Made by a program: the position numbers and the translations under genes
Notes under the pieces: generated by a model
Told to the model about the DNA's origin: nothing
The model's input: the letters and a program-made list of their open reading frames with translations, nothing else
The model's database searches: none
DNA from: a virus
Lineage: Duplodnaviria; Caudoviricetes
DNA length: 54,499 nucleotides
Direction: 5' to 3' (one strand)
IMG/VR virus record: IMGVR_UViG_3300031951_000212
Location: 1 to 54,499 of that record
Shown: one piece after another, positions 17,735 through 27,200 of the stretch
Layout: the number at the start of each line of letters is the position of its first letter
How positions within the stretch are numbered: position 1 is the first letter of the stretch

Positions 17735-18508
17735 TTATATTCCTGCTAATATTTCTTGAAACTGCCATTCACAGTTGTTAACTTTAAAGACAAAAGCATT
17801 CATCTCGGGTTGCTCGTATTTGTTTTGATATTCAATTGTTATACTTGCTGCTATAGATGAAGATTTTTGTGGTAAATTATTATCAAAATAACAGTCTATG
17901 TCTTCACAAACTGAACAGTTGACACATCCACCACAAGTGAATCCACCATTATGACAAGTAACGCTTCCACTGTGATAGCATTTGGAACAATGTACACATA
18001 TTTTTTGGTCTGCTGTTGAACACATTGTAGCATCCATTAATTCTAATGTTTCTTTTGTTGGTGTATCTTGTGAATAATTTAAACTATAAACTATCATTTG
18101 CTGTGTTTCTATATAATTTGGTTTACCGACTTTAGATAAAATTGGATAATTTAAATTTATCCAACTTAATATTCTTGATTGTGCTTCCGATGGATTTTGT
18201 TCTACTAGTCTATTTTCAAAAATACAAGGATACCAAACTGTTAATGGTGTTAACCATTTTGAACTACTTTCTTCAAAAACAGTAGTAGCTTCTGCCCAAG
18301 TTGGATAACTAACTTTAATTTCTCTTGATGATTCTTTCCATTCTTGTTTTTTTGCTTCATATAATGCTGCCATTGGTAGCCAATAATTGATCGCACTTGT
18401 TTGTATGTTCGTTAAGATTACATCTAAATTTTCATAATTTTGATTTATAGCGGAAAGAGTATTGCCAATTGAATCCGAAGTTGTTATTTGAAAAATTGTG
18501 TTTGTCAT
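17735..18508 (-). CDS. Cys-rich virion protein, paralog 2 of 3
   Basis: Start revised to MTNTIF at 18508 (ATGA overlap); DSIGNTLSAINQNY; CVHCSKC...C...CGGCVNCSVCEDIDC. Confidence 0.7.
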   Translation of the reverse strand: MTNTIFQITTSDSIGNTLSAINQNYENLDVILTNIQTSAINYWLPMAALYEAKKQEWKESSREIKVSYPTWAEATTVFEESSSKWLTPLTVWYPCIFENRLVEQNPSEAQSRILSWINLNYPILSKVGKPNYIETQQMIVYSLNYSQDTPTKETLELMDATMCSTADQKICVHCSKCYHSGSVTCHNGGFTCGGCVNCSVCEDIDCYFDNNLPQKSSSIAASITIEYQNKYEQPEMNAFVFKVNNCEWQFQEILAGI

Positions 18509-19287
18509 ATTTGTAATGTCCAATCTCCTTCTGATTCTTTTTTATACTTAAATTTAAAACATCTTGCCGTATATGTATCATTATATGTATTACTAACTTG
18601 TAATAGTTTTAATAATTTACTTCCGGTACTTGGACATGACCCAGTTGAGCAAGACGTGGTGATATTTGTAGCACATCTACTATAAGCATTAATACAAAAG
18701 TGTCTACCACCTTCATTTAAATTACACCCTCGATGTAAATTACCACATTGATTACCAGAACAACATATTTGTTTTGGTTGCACTACTGGTAAACATTTTT
18801 CTTCATATTTTCCAGAAAAAGAAAAAGTGAATGTATCTATTTGATATAAATTTATATAAACCATTACTTCTTGTGAAAGACAATAATTTTGTGGCGAAAA
18901 ATTTAAAAGTAACCAATCTTTGATGGTTTGTTTATATGAAACAATGTTTGAATAATAATCGTTAATTTCTAAAATATAAGGATAAATCACAGAAAACTCT
19001 TTAATCCATTTGGCACTAGTTGATGTAACACAAGAATACATACTATTGTATTCAGATTTTCTACCAAGTGTATTAGCAGAACCTAAACTCCAATCTGCGC
19101 TATTTTGTGCAAAATATGTGTAAAGACTATTAAATTGATTTGAAAAATCCATTAAAATGTCAGTATTTGCCGATAATGTATTAAAATTAAAATTTAATAT
19201 ATTAAAAGAATCAGAAAGACATAATCTTTCATCTATAAGATAGATGTTGTTACACGTTTTATCTGTTTTTTCAAATTGAATACTCAT
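18505..19287 (-). CDS. Cys-rich virion protein, paralog 3 of 3
   Basis: LCLSDSFNILNFNF; CC...C...C...C...C...C...C insert. Confidence 0.7.
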   Translation of the reverse strand: MSIQFEKTDKTCNNIYLIDERLCLSDSFNILNFNFNTLSANTDILMDFSNQFNSLYTYFAQNSADWSLGSANTLGRKSEYNSMYSCVTSTSAKWIKEFSVIYPYILEINDYYSNIVSYKQTIKDWLLLNFSPQNYCLSQEVMVYINLYQIDTFTFSFSGKYEEKCLPVVQPKQICCSGNQCGNLHRGCNLNEGGRHFCINAYSRCATNITTSCSTGSCPSTGSKLLKLLQVSNTYNDTYTARCFKFKYKKESEGDWTLQI

Positions 19288-19288
19288 T

Positions 19289-22200
19289 TTATTTCCAATT
19301 TATTTTATACAAGTTAGCCTGTGCTGGTGCTACTTTATTTAAATTATTTTTTATAGAATCTTCTATTATCATTTTAATTTCACTACTAACATTTAGATTG
19401 TATATGTTAATGTTATAGTATTTACTCTTGCTTCCCGGAAGTTGCATCTTGTACCAGTTTTTAATATCTTCTATGTATGATCTTTTACCCACAGCCATGT
19501 TCCATAACATTTTTTTATCTTTTGAACCATAATCAGAAGAAAGATATATTTGTTCAATTACACTTTTTGGTAATCCTTTTGCATAAAATCTTAGATCTGA
19601 TACTCTGCCGATAAATTTATATCCATCGTTTATTTGTATGATATCGTTTAAGTTTGTATTTTTAATATTTTGAACACCTAACAATAAAGAGGTTCTGTAA
19701 TCATAATAAAGTTGATATTCTTTTGGTGTGAAAGTTATTTTTTGAATTTCAAAACCATCTAAATATGATGAAACTAATCCTTCAGTAGAATCAAAAGATA
19801 ATGCGAAATGATGCCATCCTGGAGTTAATGAAGAAATTGTGTAATTTAAACTTAATAGTTGTGCTTTTTTATTGTTAACATCTGCTATTTTTAATTTCCA
19901 ACTTAATTTCTTTGTGGACAATTTATATTTTCTAATATAATCATATCCAGTAAAATCACCGAATGCCCCAATTGTGCATTGTTCATCGTTAGTTAACGAT
20001 ATTAAATCTAATCTTATTAGCAAGTTTCCATTTGAATCTATTTGATATAATATGTTTTCATCTACATCGATTAATATCAACCTATCTTCTGTTTTTGATT
20101 GTTCACCACATTTGAATGTATTTGAATCGATAGGAACTCTTATAAAGCCAAGGTATCTTTTCTTTGCAGTATTATCTAAACATCTATTAACTGGTAAAGA
20201 TGACGATTTACCTATTCTAAATGTCATTACAATTTTTTCTTTTACTAAGTCTATTTTTGATATAGAATCTTGATCGTGTGAAATCCATAGGTTGTTATCA
20301 GCATCACATATGATATCTTGAACTGCACCTATGTTTGCAAAAATTTGACTTGATGCTATGTTTAATGGGTCTGCACATTTATATAAATTTCCACCTATAA
20401 TCTGCCAAACGGTGTTGTTATTATCTACTGTTGATAATGTACCATATACTGGTATCACGTTATCATTTAAATCTATTTGTATTTGGTTTGTGTTTAATGG
20501 CAAGTTATTGTCGTCAATGTAAACACCATATGTGTTATATACTACATATTTTTTATTAACATTGTCATACACATAAACATTTTCATTGCTATCAATTTCA
20601 ACTTGAGAAATATTGTTGACATATTCTATTTTAAGAGAAACCAAAACTTGATCATCTATGCTTATTTTTTTAGCAGTTTTATTTCCGGTATCAAAAACCC
20701 AAAAACTGTAATCTGACAATCTCTTAATGATTTCATTGTTTGAAAATTCGTTTTTTACCGAAACTTCAAAACTACTAATTCGGCCAAACCTATAATTTAT
20801 GTTATGGTATTTGTTTGTATTTCTATTTATTAAACTAATAATAGGTGTTGTTAAAGATGATTCATTAATAAGACCAAATCCACTATTGAAGTAATTTCCA
20901 AATATTTGATTGCCGTTTATTGAATTCCAATCATCAACATTTACCCACATTGCAACAGTTAATTTTGTTTGTTCCAATAAAATTGATTTAGCAGGAAACA
21001 ACACGTGGTTTGTTCCATCCAACTCGATATATTCTCCTTTTAAATTTTCTGGTTTATTGAAATATAAAATTCCATCATTTTTATACTTTGAAGAATCTAA
21101 AACCGGGTCACTATCCCAAGATTTAACATGTATTATTTTTGCACCTTCTGGTAAATGATCATCGTTTGATGCATTATCTACATAATTTAAATAACTCTGT
21201 CTGGTTTTTTTACCAACATGAAAAAATCTATATAATGCACCAGGTTCTAAATAAAGTTGAGACGGAACATCATATACATAATATAAATTTGGTTCTATTT
21301 TTTGGTGATATGAATAAACTTTAGATGTTAATGCTTGGTTTACTGTGTAATAAGCAGAATTATAATATCTATCTAACCAGACTCTTTCTCCGTTTGAACT
21401 CAAGCACAACCAAGAACATAACCATGTGTTGTTTGTTATATCTTTAAACTCGTTTTTTATAGATGGTGGTTGCGGTGCATCCAATATTTTTTGAGAATAA
21501 TCTTCGAGTTTGAAAAATAATCTGTCGGATATATATGGTGTTTCTCCTGCCAATGCACCATCTTCTAATAAGTTTGATTCTTGTATTCTTTGTCTTGGTG
21601 CGGTTGGTGCAAAATGAAATGCTGTGTCCACGTCTGTTTCAAAATCCATCTTTAATGTATTAGAATGAAACCCTAAAAATATTTGCTCTAATCCATTTAA
21701 TTGGTTTGTTCCGCTGAATATTTTATCATATCTTCTTCTGACGCCATATTTTTCATTTTCAACTTCTGAATTTTTAGCATAAAAAGAATAATTGTATTCT
21801 GGTGTTTGATAATTTTTAAGACCATGTACGTAAACTGGATAGTTAGCAACGTTGTCGTTTATTACCGGATATTCGTATGGAAATATACCTAAATAGTTTT
21901 GAGCATAATCCATTTTTTTATATTCTGGTAATATTTCCAATTCAGTTTTTTTGTCTAATGGGTTTGTTTGATATTTTGCCAAAAAACTATCTTTAATATC
22001 AGTATTATTAGAAATTGGTTTTTTGTAAGTTATTAATTTAAAAACAGATGATTTGGGAAAATCCATTTCTTTAAAAAATGGTGGAAATGAGCTAAGACCA
22101 TATGCCATTGTACCAAATACTTGATTAACTATCAACATTTCATCAGTTAAAACTATTTCTTTTAAAAATGGATCATATTGAAACAATATTAAAGTTTCCT

Positions 22201-22735
22201 CACCTAACAAATAAGAAAATTTTTGTCTATCTATGGTTGGATATATTCTTGGAAAGAATATTAAATTTCCTTGCCCTGTTCCTTGTAACCAAGTTAAATA
22301 CTCTTTGTTTTTTTGAAACTGAACCATCACATAATCATCTTTGAAATCAAAAATAAAATTATCTTCTACTGTAAAATTTGATCTTTCAGTTGGTAATAAT
22401 CTATTCCATGCTTCATTTTCAATTTTTTTATTTGTTAAAATTTTCGAATTTAAATCAGCTATTGGTGTGACTATTCTACTAAGATTTTGATTTTCTCCAT
22501 AATTTTTATTTTTTTCTAAAAATTCGTTTTGTTTATATAAATCTGTTAAAAATAATCCAGTTTTTTTATTTAAAGTTATGTCATTGCAACTATATAAACA
22601 TTCGTGTAAATTAAATCTAATTCCATTATCAAATATAAGAGGAGTGTATTTTATATTGAAATCACTAGCCGCTAAATTAAATTTTACCGGATTCCAATAA
22701 ATCTCAGATACTTTATGGAAGTTAATATTAGACAT
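19289..22735 (-). CDS. Large virion protein with LamG/ConA domain and beta-propeller-like region
   Basis: DSSKYKNDG...LDG...LTVAMWV, then WHHFALSFD...YLDG...FIGRVSDLRFY; DxxNxxW repeats lie between these. Confidence 0.75.
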   Translation of the reverse strand: MSNINFHKVSEIYWNPVKFNLAASDFNIKYTPLIFDNGIRFNLHECLYSCNDITLNKKTGLFLTDLYKQNEFLEKNKNYGENQNLSRIVTPIADLNSKILTNKKIENEAWNRLLPTERSNFTVEDNFIFDFKDDYVMVQFQKNKEYLTWLQGTGQGNLIFFPRIYPTIDRQKFSYLLGEETLILFQYDPFLKEIVLTDEMLIVNQVFGTMAYGLSSFPPFFKEMDFPKSSVFKLITYKKPISNNTDIKDSFLAKYQTNPLDKKTELEILPEYKKMDYAQNYLGIFPYEYPVINDNVANYPVYVHGLKNYQTPEYNYSFYAKNSEVENEKYGVRRRYDKIFSGTNQLNGLEQIFLGFHSNTLKMDFETDVDTAFHFAPTAPRQRIQESNLLEDGALAGETPYISDRLFFKLEDYSQKILDAPQPPSIKNEFKDITNNTWLCSWLCLSSNGERVWLDRYYNSAYYTVNQALTSKVYSYHQKIEPNLYYVYDVPSQLYLEPGALYRFFHVGKKTRQSYLNYVDNASNDDHLPEGAKIIHVKSWDSDPVLDSSKYKNDGILYFNKPENLKGEYIELDGTNHVLFPAKSILLEQTKLTVAMWVNVDDWNSINGNQIFGNYFNSGFGLINESSLTTPIISLINRNTNKYHNINYRFGRISSFEVSVKNEFSNNEIIKRLSDYSFWVFDTGNKTAKKISIDDQVLVSLKIEYVNNISQVEIDSNENVYVYDNVNKKYVVYNTYGVYIDDNNLPLNTNQIQIDLNDNVIPVYGTLSTVDNNNTVWQIIGGNLYKCADPLNIASSQIFANIGAVQDIICDADNNLWISHDQDSISKIDLVKEKIVMTFRIGKSSSLPVNRCLDNTAKKRYLGFIRVPIDSNTFKCGEQSKTEDRLILIDVDENILYQIDSNGNLLIRLDLISLTNDEQCTIGAFGDFTGYDYIRKYKLSTKKLSWKLKIADVNNKKAQLLSLNYTISSLTPGWHHFALSFDSTEGLVSSYLDGFEIQKITFTPKEYQLYYDYRTSLLLGVQNIKNTNLNDIIQINDGYKFIGRVSDLRFYAKGLPKSVIEQIYLSSDYGSKDKKMLWNMAVGKRSYIEDIKNWYKMQLPGSKSKYYNINIYNLNVSSEIKMIIEDSIKNNLNKVAPAQANLYKINWK

Positions 22736-22754
22736 TGTTTACTATATATTTATT

Positions 22755-23450
22755 TTAAAGTAAGGAATAATGTCTTGAGTTTTGAATATCCAATGTTAAA
22801 AAAGGAACTATGCCATCGATTTTTGATATTTCATAATTTCTTTTTTTGCTTATCATTAGACTAATCAAAGCGAATTGTTTTAATTTACTCCTAAAAATAA
22901 AAGATATGTTATAGTTGGATGTGGTTGGGTTATAACATATTTTAGGAGTCTCTATGGTTGGTGTAAAATTAAACCAAGATTCTGGGTTTATAAAGTATAA
23001 TTCAATAACTTCTCTTACTCTTTGTTCTGTTATTCCGGAATTACAATCAAATTCTTTTAAATTAAGTAAAAATTTCAAAGATTTGTTTTCTATACTTAAA
23101 AATTCAATATCGGTAAAAAATACTTTTCGATCTTTTTCATTAAACCAATAATCAATTTGTGTTGTTTTTCTTTCATTAAAAAAATAATTTCTTGTAAATG
23201 ATTGAAAAGAATTATCTTCCCCTATAAATATTTTTTCAAAAAAACAACCATTTAAAGTTTCAATAAATATACAATCATAAAAAACATCAAATCGGGTTAT
23301 TTCGTTTTTGATCAGATTATCATACAATTTTGGTATTTCAGAATATTTTAAATAAATGGAAGAAAGTGTTTTATTGGCACTTTGTGTAAATCCGTTTGGA
23401 TTTCTTAACCAAAGCTCTCCAAATGTTTCAGATTCATTATATAAACTCAT
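22755..23450 (-). CDS. Hypothetical virion-module protein (231 aa)
   Basis: Intact ORF within the structural cluster. Confidence 0.7.
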   Translation of the reverse strand: MSLYNESETFGELWLRNPNGFTQSANKTLSSIYLKYSEIPKLYDNLIKNEITRFDVFYDCIFIETLNGCFFEKIFIGEDNSFQSFTRNYFFNERKTTQIDYWFNEKDRKVFFTDIEFLSIENKSLKFLLNLKEFDCNSGITEQRVREVIELYFINPESWFNFTPTIETPKICYNPTTSNYNISFIFRSKLKQFALISLMISKKRNYEISKIDGIVPFLTLDIQNSRHYSLL

Positions 23451-23458
23451 AAAAATAA

Positions 23459-24250
23459 TTACATTCCAATATCCATTATACTTGAATTCGCTGTTATTGG
23501 TTGAACAAATGATATTGGGAATTTTGTTTCTATTTGTGTTACGTTTTCTTTTTCAAAAGGTTGTAGTAATTTATATGGTCTGGTTTCTGTTTCTTGGGAT
23601 GTGGTCTGTGTTGCAATATTTCTTTCCCATCTTATCAGTGCTGGTAAAATAAAATTAGGACTTTGACTTTCAAAGTTATAAAAAACTTTATCATCAACAT
23701 CAAACATTCTTGTTGATATTAAATGTAAGTCTTTAAAATAGTTATTAATTTCACCATCCAAGGATGGAGGATTTAAAAAAAGATTTACATAATATCTTTC
23801 ATATTCTTTAACTCCAATTTGATATATTCTTATTTCAACAACAAACAATCTTCTTTCTGGCGCATCTAAATAAAAAGTTTCTTCTATTGGATAGTTTCTA
23901 ACATCTCCTGGATCAGATGAATATGGTAAACTATATGTTTTTTCTGATGTTAAACCATAATAAAAATTTTGAGTGTGAACGTTTCCATTACCAAAATCAT
24001 ATTCTATTTTATAAACTTTAGAATCTGTTTCAAGAGTAGCTGGGTTTAATAATAATGTGAATGGAGCAAACGTATCAATAGTCGTTTGACTAAAGTAATC
24101 GACCGATAAAACTACTGATGTTGCTTCAAGTGTTAATGTGTTTTGTGCAAAAAGTATTACGTTATCATATTCATCACCAATTACTCTTGGTACGAATTGA
24201 ATTCCACTAGTAGAACTTACTAAAGATATGAATACATTTTGAGATGCCAC
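23459..24250 (-). CDS. Virion protein with PKD/Ig-like segment
   Basis: APFTLLL...IEYDFGNG; GTG start 6 nt after TAAATA. Confidence 0.65.
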   Translation of the reverse strand: MASQNVFISLVSSTSGIQFVPRVIGDEYDNVILFAQNTLTLEATSVVLSVDYFSQTTIDTFAPFTLLLNPATLETDSKVYKIEYDFGNGNVHTQNFYYGLTSEKTYSLPYSSDPGDVRNYPIEETFYLDAPERRLFVVEIRIYQIGVKEYERYYVNLFLNPPSLDGEINNYFKDLHLISTRMFDVDDKVFYNFESQSPNFILPALIRWERNIATQTTSQETETRPYKLLQPFEKENVTQIETKFPISFVQPITANSSIMDIGM

Positions 24251-24288
24251 AATTAATATTTAGTTTTTTTATTTAGAATACAAACATT

Positions 24289-27200
24289 TTAAATATTAAC
24301 ATTGCATCTGGTTACTACGTATGAAGTACTATTATTAACGTGTCTTTTGGCTGTGGTCCATTGTCCATTATATCCACACGACCAAAGATCTCCATACTGA
24401 TCTGCTGCGGTCCATCCGGTTCCGGAGTACCACCCCCAACATGTAAAATCAACAAATTTTAAATCAGCTGGCTTAATTACTTTTGAAAAACTGTTGTTTT
24501 GAGCGGTTGTTCCTATTCCCTTTTGACCGTATCCACTATATCCGCTAACATATAGATCACCGAATGAATCTAATGCCACGAAAAATGCATATGCATTATC
24601 ACACCCTAGCACTTTTACTATATTCGATAATCCTGGATTTTGTGGTATACCTGTATTATTTGTATTGCCATTACCAAGTTGTCCTTGGTTGTTATATCCA
24701 AACGTTCTAACTGTATTATTGTCCAATATTACTGCAACAGATCCTCCATGATAATCATTTACTGCAAAATCTTTAACAGTTCTACCAGTAAAAACAACTT
24801 CTTCAAATGTTGTTCTGTATCCACCAGTTGTACCATTTCCCAATTGACCATATGAGTTGTAACCAGCGGTATAAAATTTACCATTTGGCGACAATATAAA
24901 TGCAGCAGCAGATGAGTTATACATACCAGCTAAATATTTTTCAACTAACATTGTTGGATGTTGTACAAATGTAGTTCTTGTAGTATAATCCCCAGTAGCA
25001 AGTCCAAATTGTCCTCCTCCATTCGAACCACAAAAATGTATATTTTTATTGCTATCTATTGCTGCAATATATCCATAACTTGTATATGTGTCTCCAATTG
25101 CATATGCTTTAACTATTGTTTTTGATGCGATTGATCCAAGAGTAATTAATTGTGGTGCGTTTCTTTGGAGATTATCATTTGTTCCAAATCTATACTGCCC
25201 ATTGTATCCCCATGCATACAATTTTCCATCAGAAACAGCGGTACAAAATGCCGCACCATCATTTCCATTTTCACAAGAAAAATGTGTTACGTTTGTAACT
25301 CCGGTTATTCTTTCAAATATATTTCTATTCGATGTATCACCTAATCCTAATTGACCATAAGCATTATATCCAGTAGAATATAAATTTCCCAAGTTAGTTA
25401 ATAAATACTGAGAATATCTTTGGAAATAATGTTTAACGATAAATTCACCAGGTAATAAACCAATGGCTATAACTTGATGATAACCTTGATCCGCGTAATT
25501 TACATCACCCAATCCTAGTCTCGTACCACCTTCACAATATCCAGCAACCCACAACTTGTTTGTTTTAGATATAAACGATGTTGTTCTGTACAGAGATCCA
25601 TTACCAACATAATTATCAAACTCTGGAAATCTTAAAAATGCCTTATCTCCGTCTATGTTTGTTAAACCAGATCCGTCACCATAGAAAACTTGACCAGAAA
25701 TATTTCCGCTAACAGAAAGACTTCCGCTTGTTATTCTTGTATTTCCTACAACGTGTAGTTTTTCTGTTGGTGCAGTTGATCCAATTCCGACTTTACCATC
25801 GTCGGTTATTCTCATCTTTTCAGTTGGTGCTGTTCCAGCTGCTGGTGTTGTTGTAAATAAAAGTCTGGATGGTATACTATCAACAGCAGGAACGTCATCA
25901 ACCTGTGCTATTATTGCGGCACTTTCATTATTTGAATCAACTCCATCGGATCCATACCAACGTATTGCGCCGAGATTATCACCATTTGCCACAATTGTAT
26001 TATTTTCAACTACTGCACCTCTTGATTTTAAAAATCTTAAATCTGGCGAATGTGCAGCATTATTACTGTATGTTCCAAGCACTAACGGTGAATAGCCACC
26101 AACGGTAACTTGAAGATGTTCAAAATTAGTTCCAGCATTTGCAACAGAATATGCACTAACATATCCGTTTATAATTCTACCCGCATTATCAACTACTGTT
26201 GGTGTTGTGTCATTTGCTGCATCTTCAATATAAATAGAATTTCCGGTTCCAGCATTTGATATTTTTATTGCATCTAAAGTCCCTGCTGATGGAATGTCAA
26301 TAAATGCACCACCACTAACTTTTAAATAAAATGAAGATAAACTACCAGTTCTAACAAAATTGTTTCCGAAACCGTTTACGTTTCCAACATGAACACCACT
26401 TGTGTTACCTGTTATATTTGCATCAACTTGTTTGTTTGTAACAATAAGTTCTGGGACTGTTAAAGTTCCAGACATGGTATCTCCTGTTTTTAATACAGCA
26501 TTTGGAACATTGAATACACCATATGATACATAATCTAATACATAACTATTATTTTTAGCTGCTTCTGCTAATACTATTGTGCTTCCGTTTGTTGCTGTAA
26601 AATCTGTCCCGTTTACAAGTTTTACACCATTCAAAAACACATCTAATGCACCAACTCTATATTTGTCAACATTAACTGTGGTTTGACCAGTTGTTAAATT
26701 TACTGTTCCTCTCGCAGAAGCACTTGTTGCACAAACAGTACTGAATACGCTATTCCAATTTGAGCTTAATTCTCTTATCCTAGTTGGAATTAAGTTACCA
26801 CTATTTACAAATATAAACGTGACACCTTCACTTAACCTCTGCGCACACAAACTGAAATAATCTGATGCATCATCCCATTCTGTACTATTTCCAGTTCTTC
26901 CCGCATAATTTATATAAATTACGTCATTTACTGTTAAAGGTCCAGTCATTGTTCCACCTGATAATGGCACATACTCCAAAGATGGAAAATTGTTTATTCT
27001 AACATATCTAGCATCACCGGATAGATTTGTTAAATATGTACCAGAATTTATCGAATATATTGTTCCAGCTGATCCACCAGTTCCCCAATTAGCAGAATTT
27101 GTTCTTGTTGTAGAAAAAATGCTTAATTGGTTTGCGCTGTTATTTCCAGTAAATGTTGCAGCTGATTTTAAAATGTTTCCATGTGTAACCCAATCTGGAT

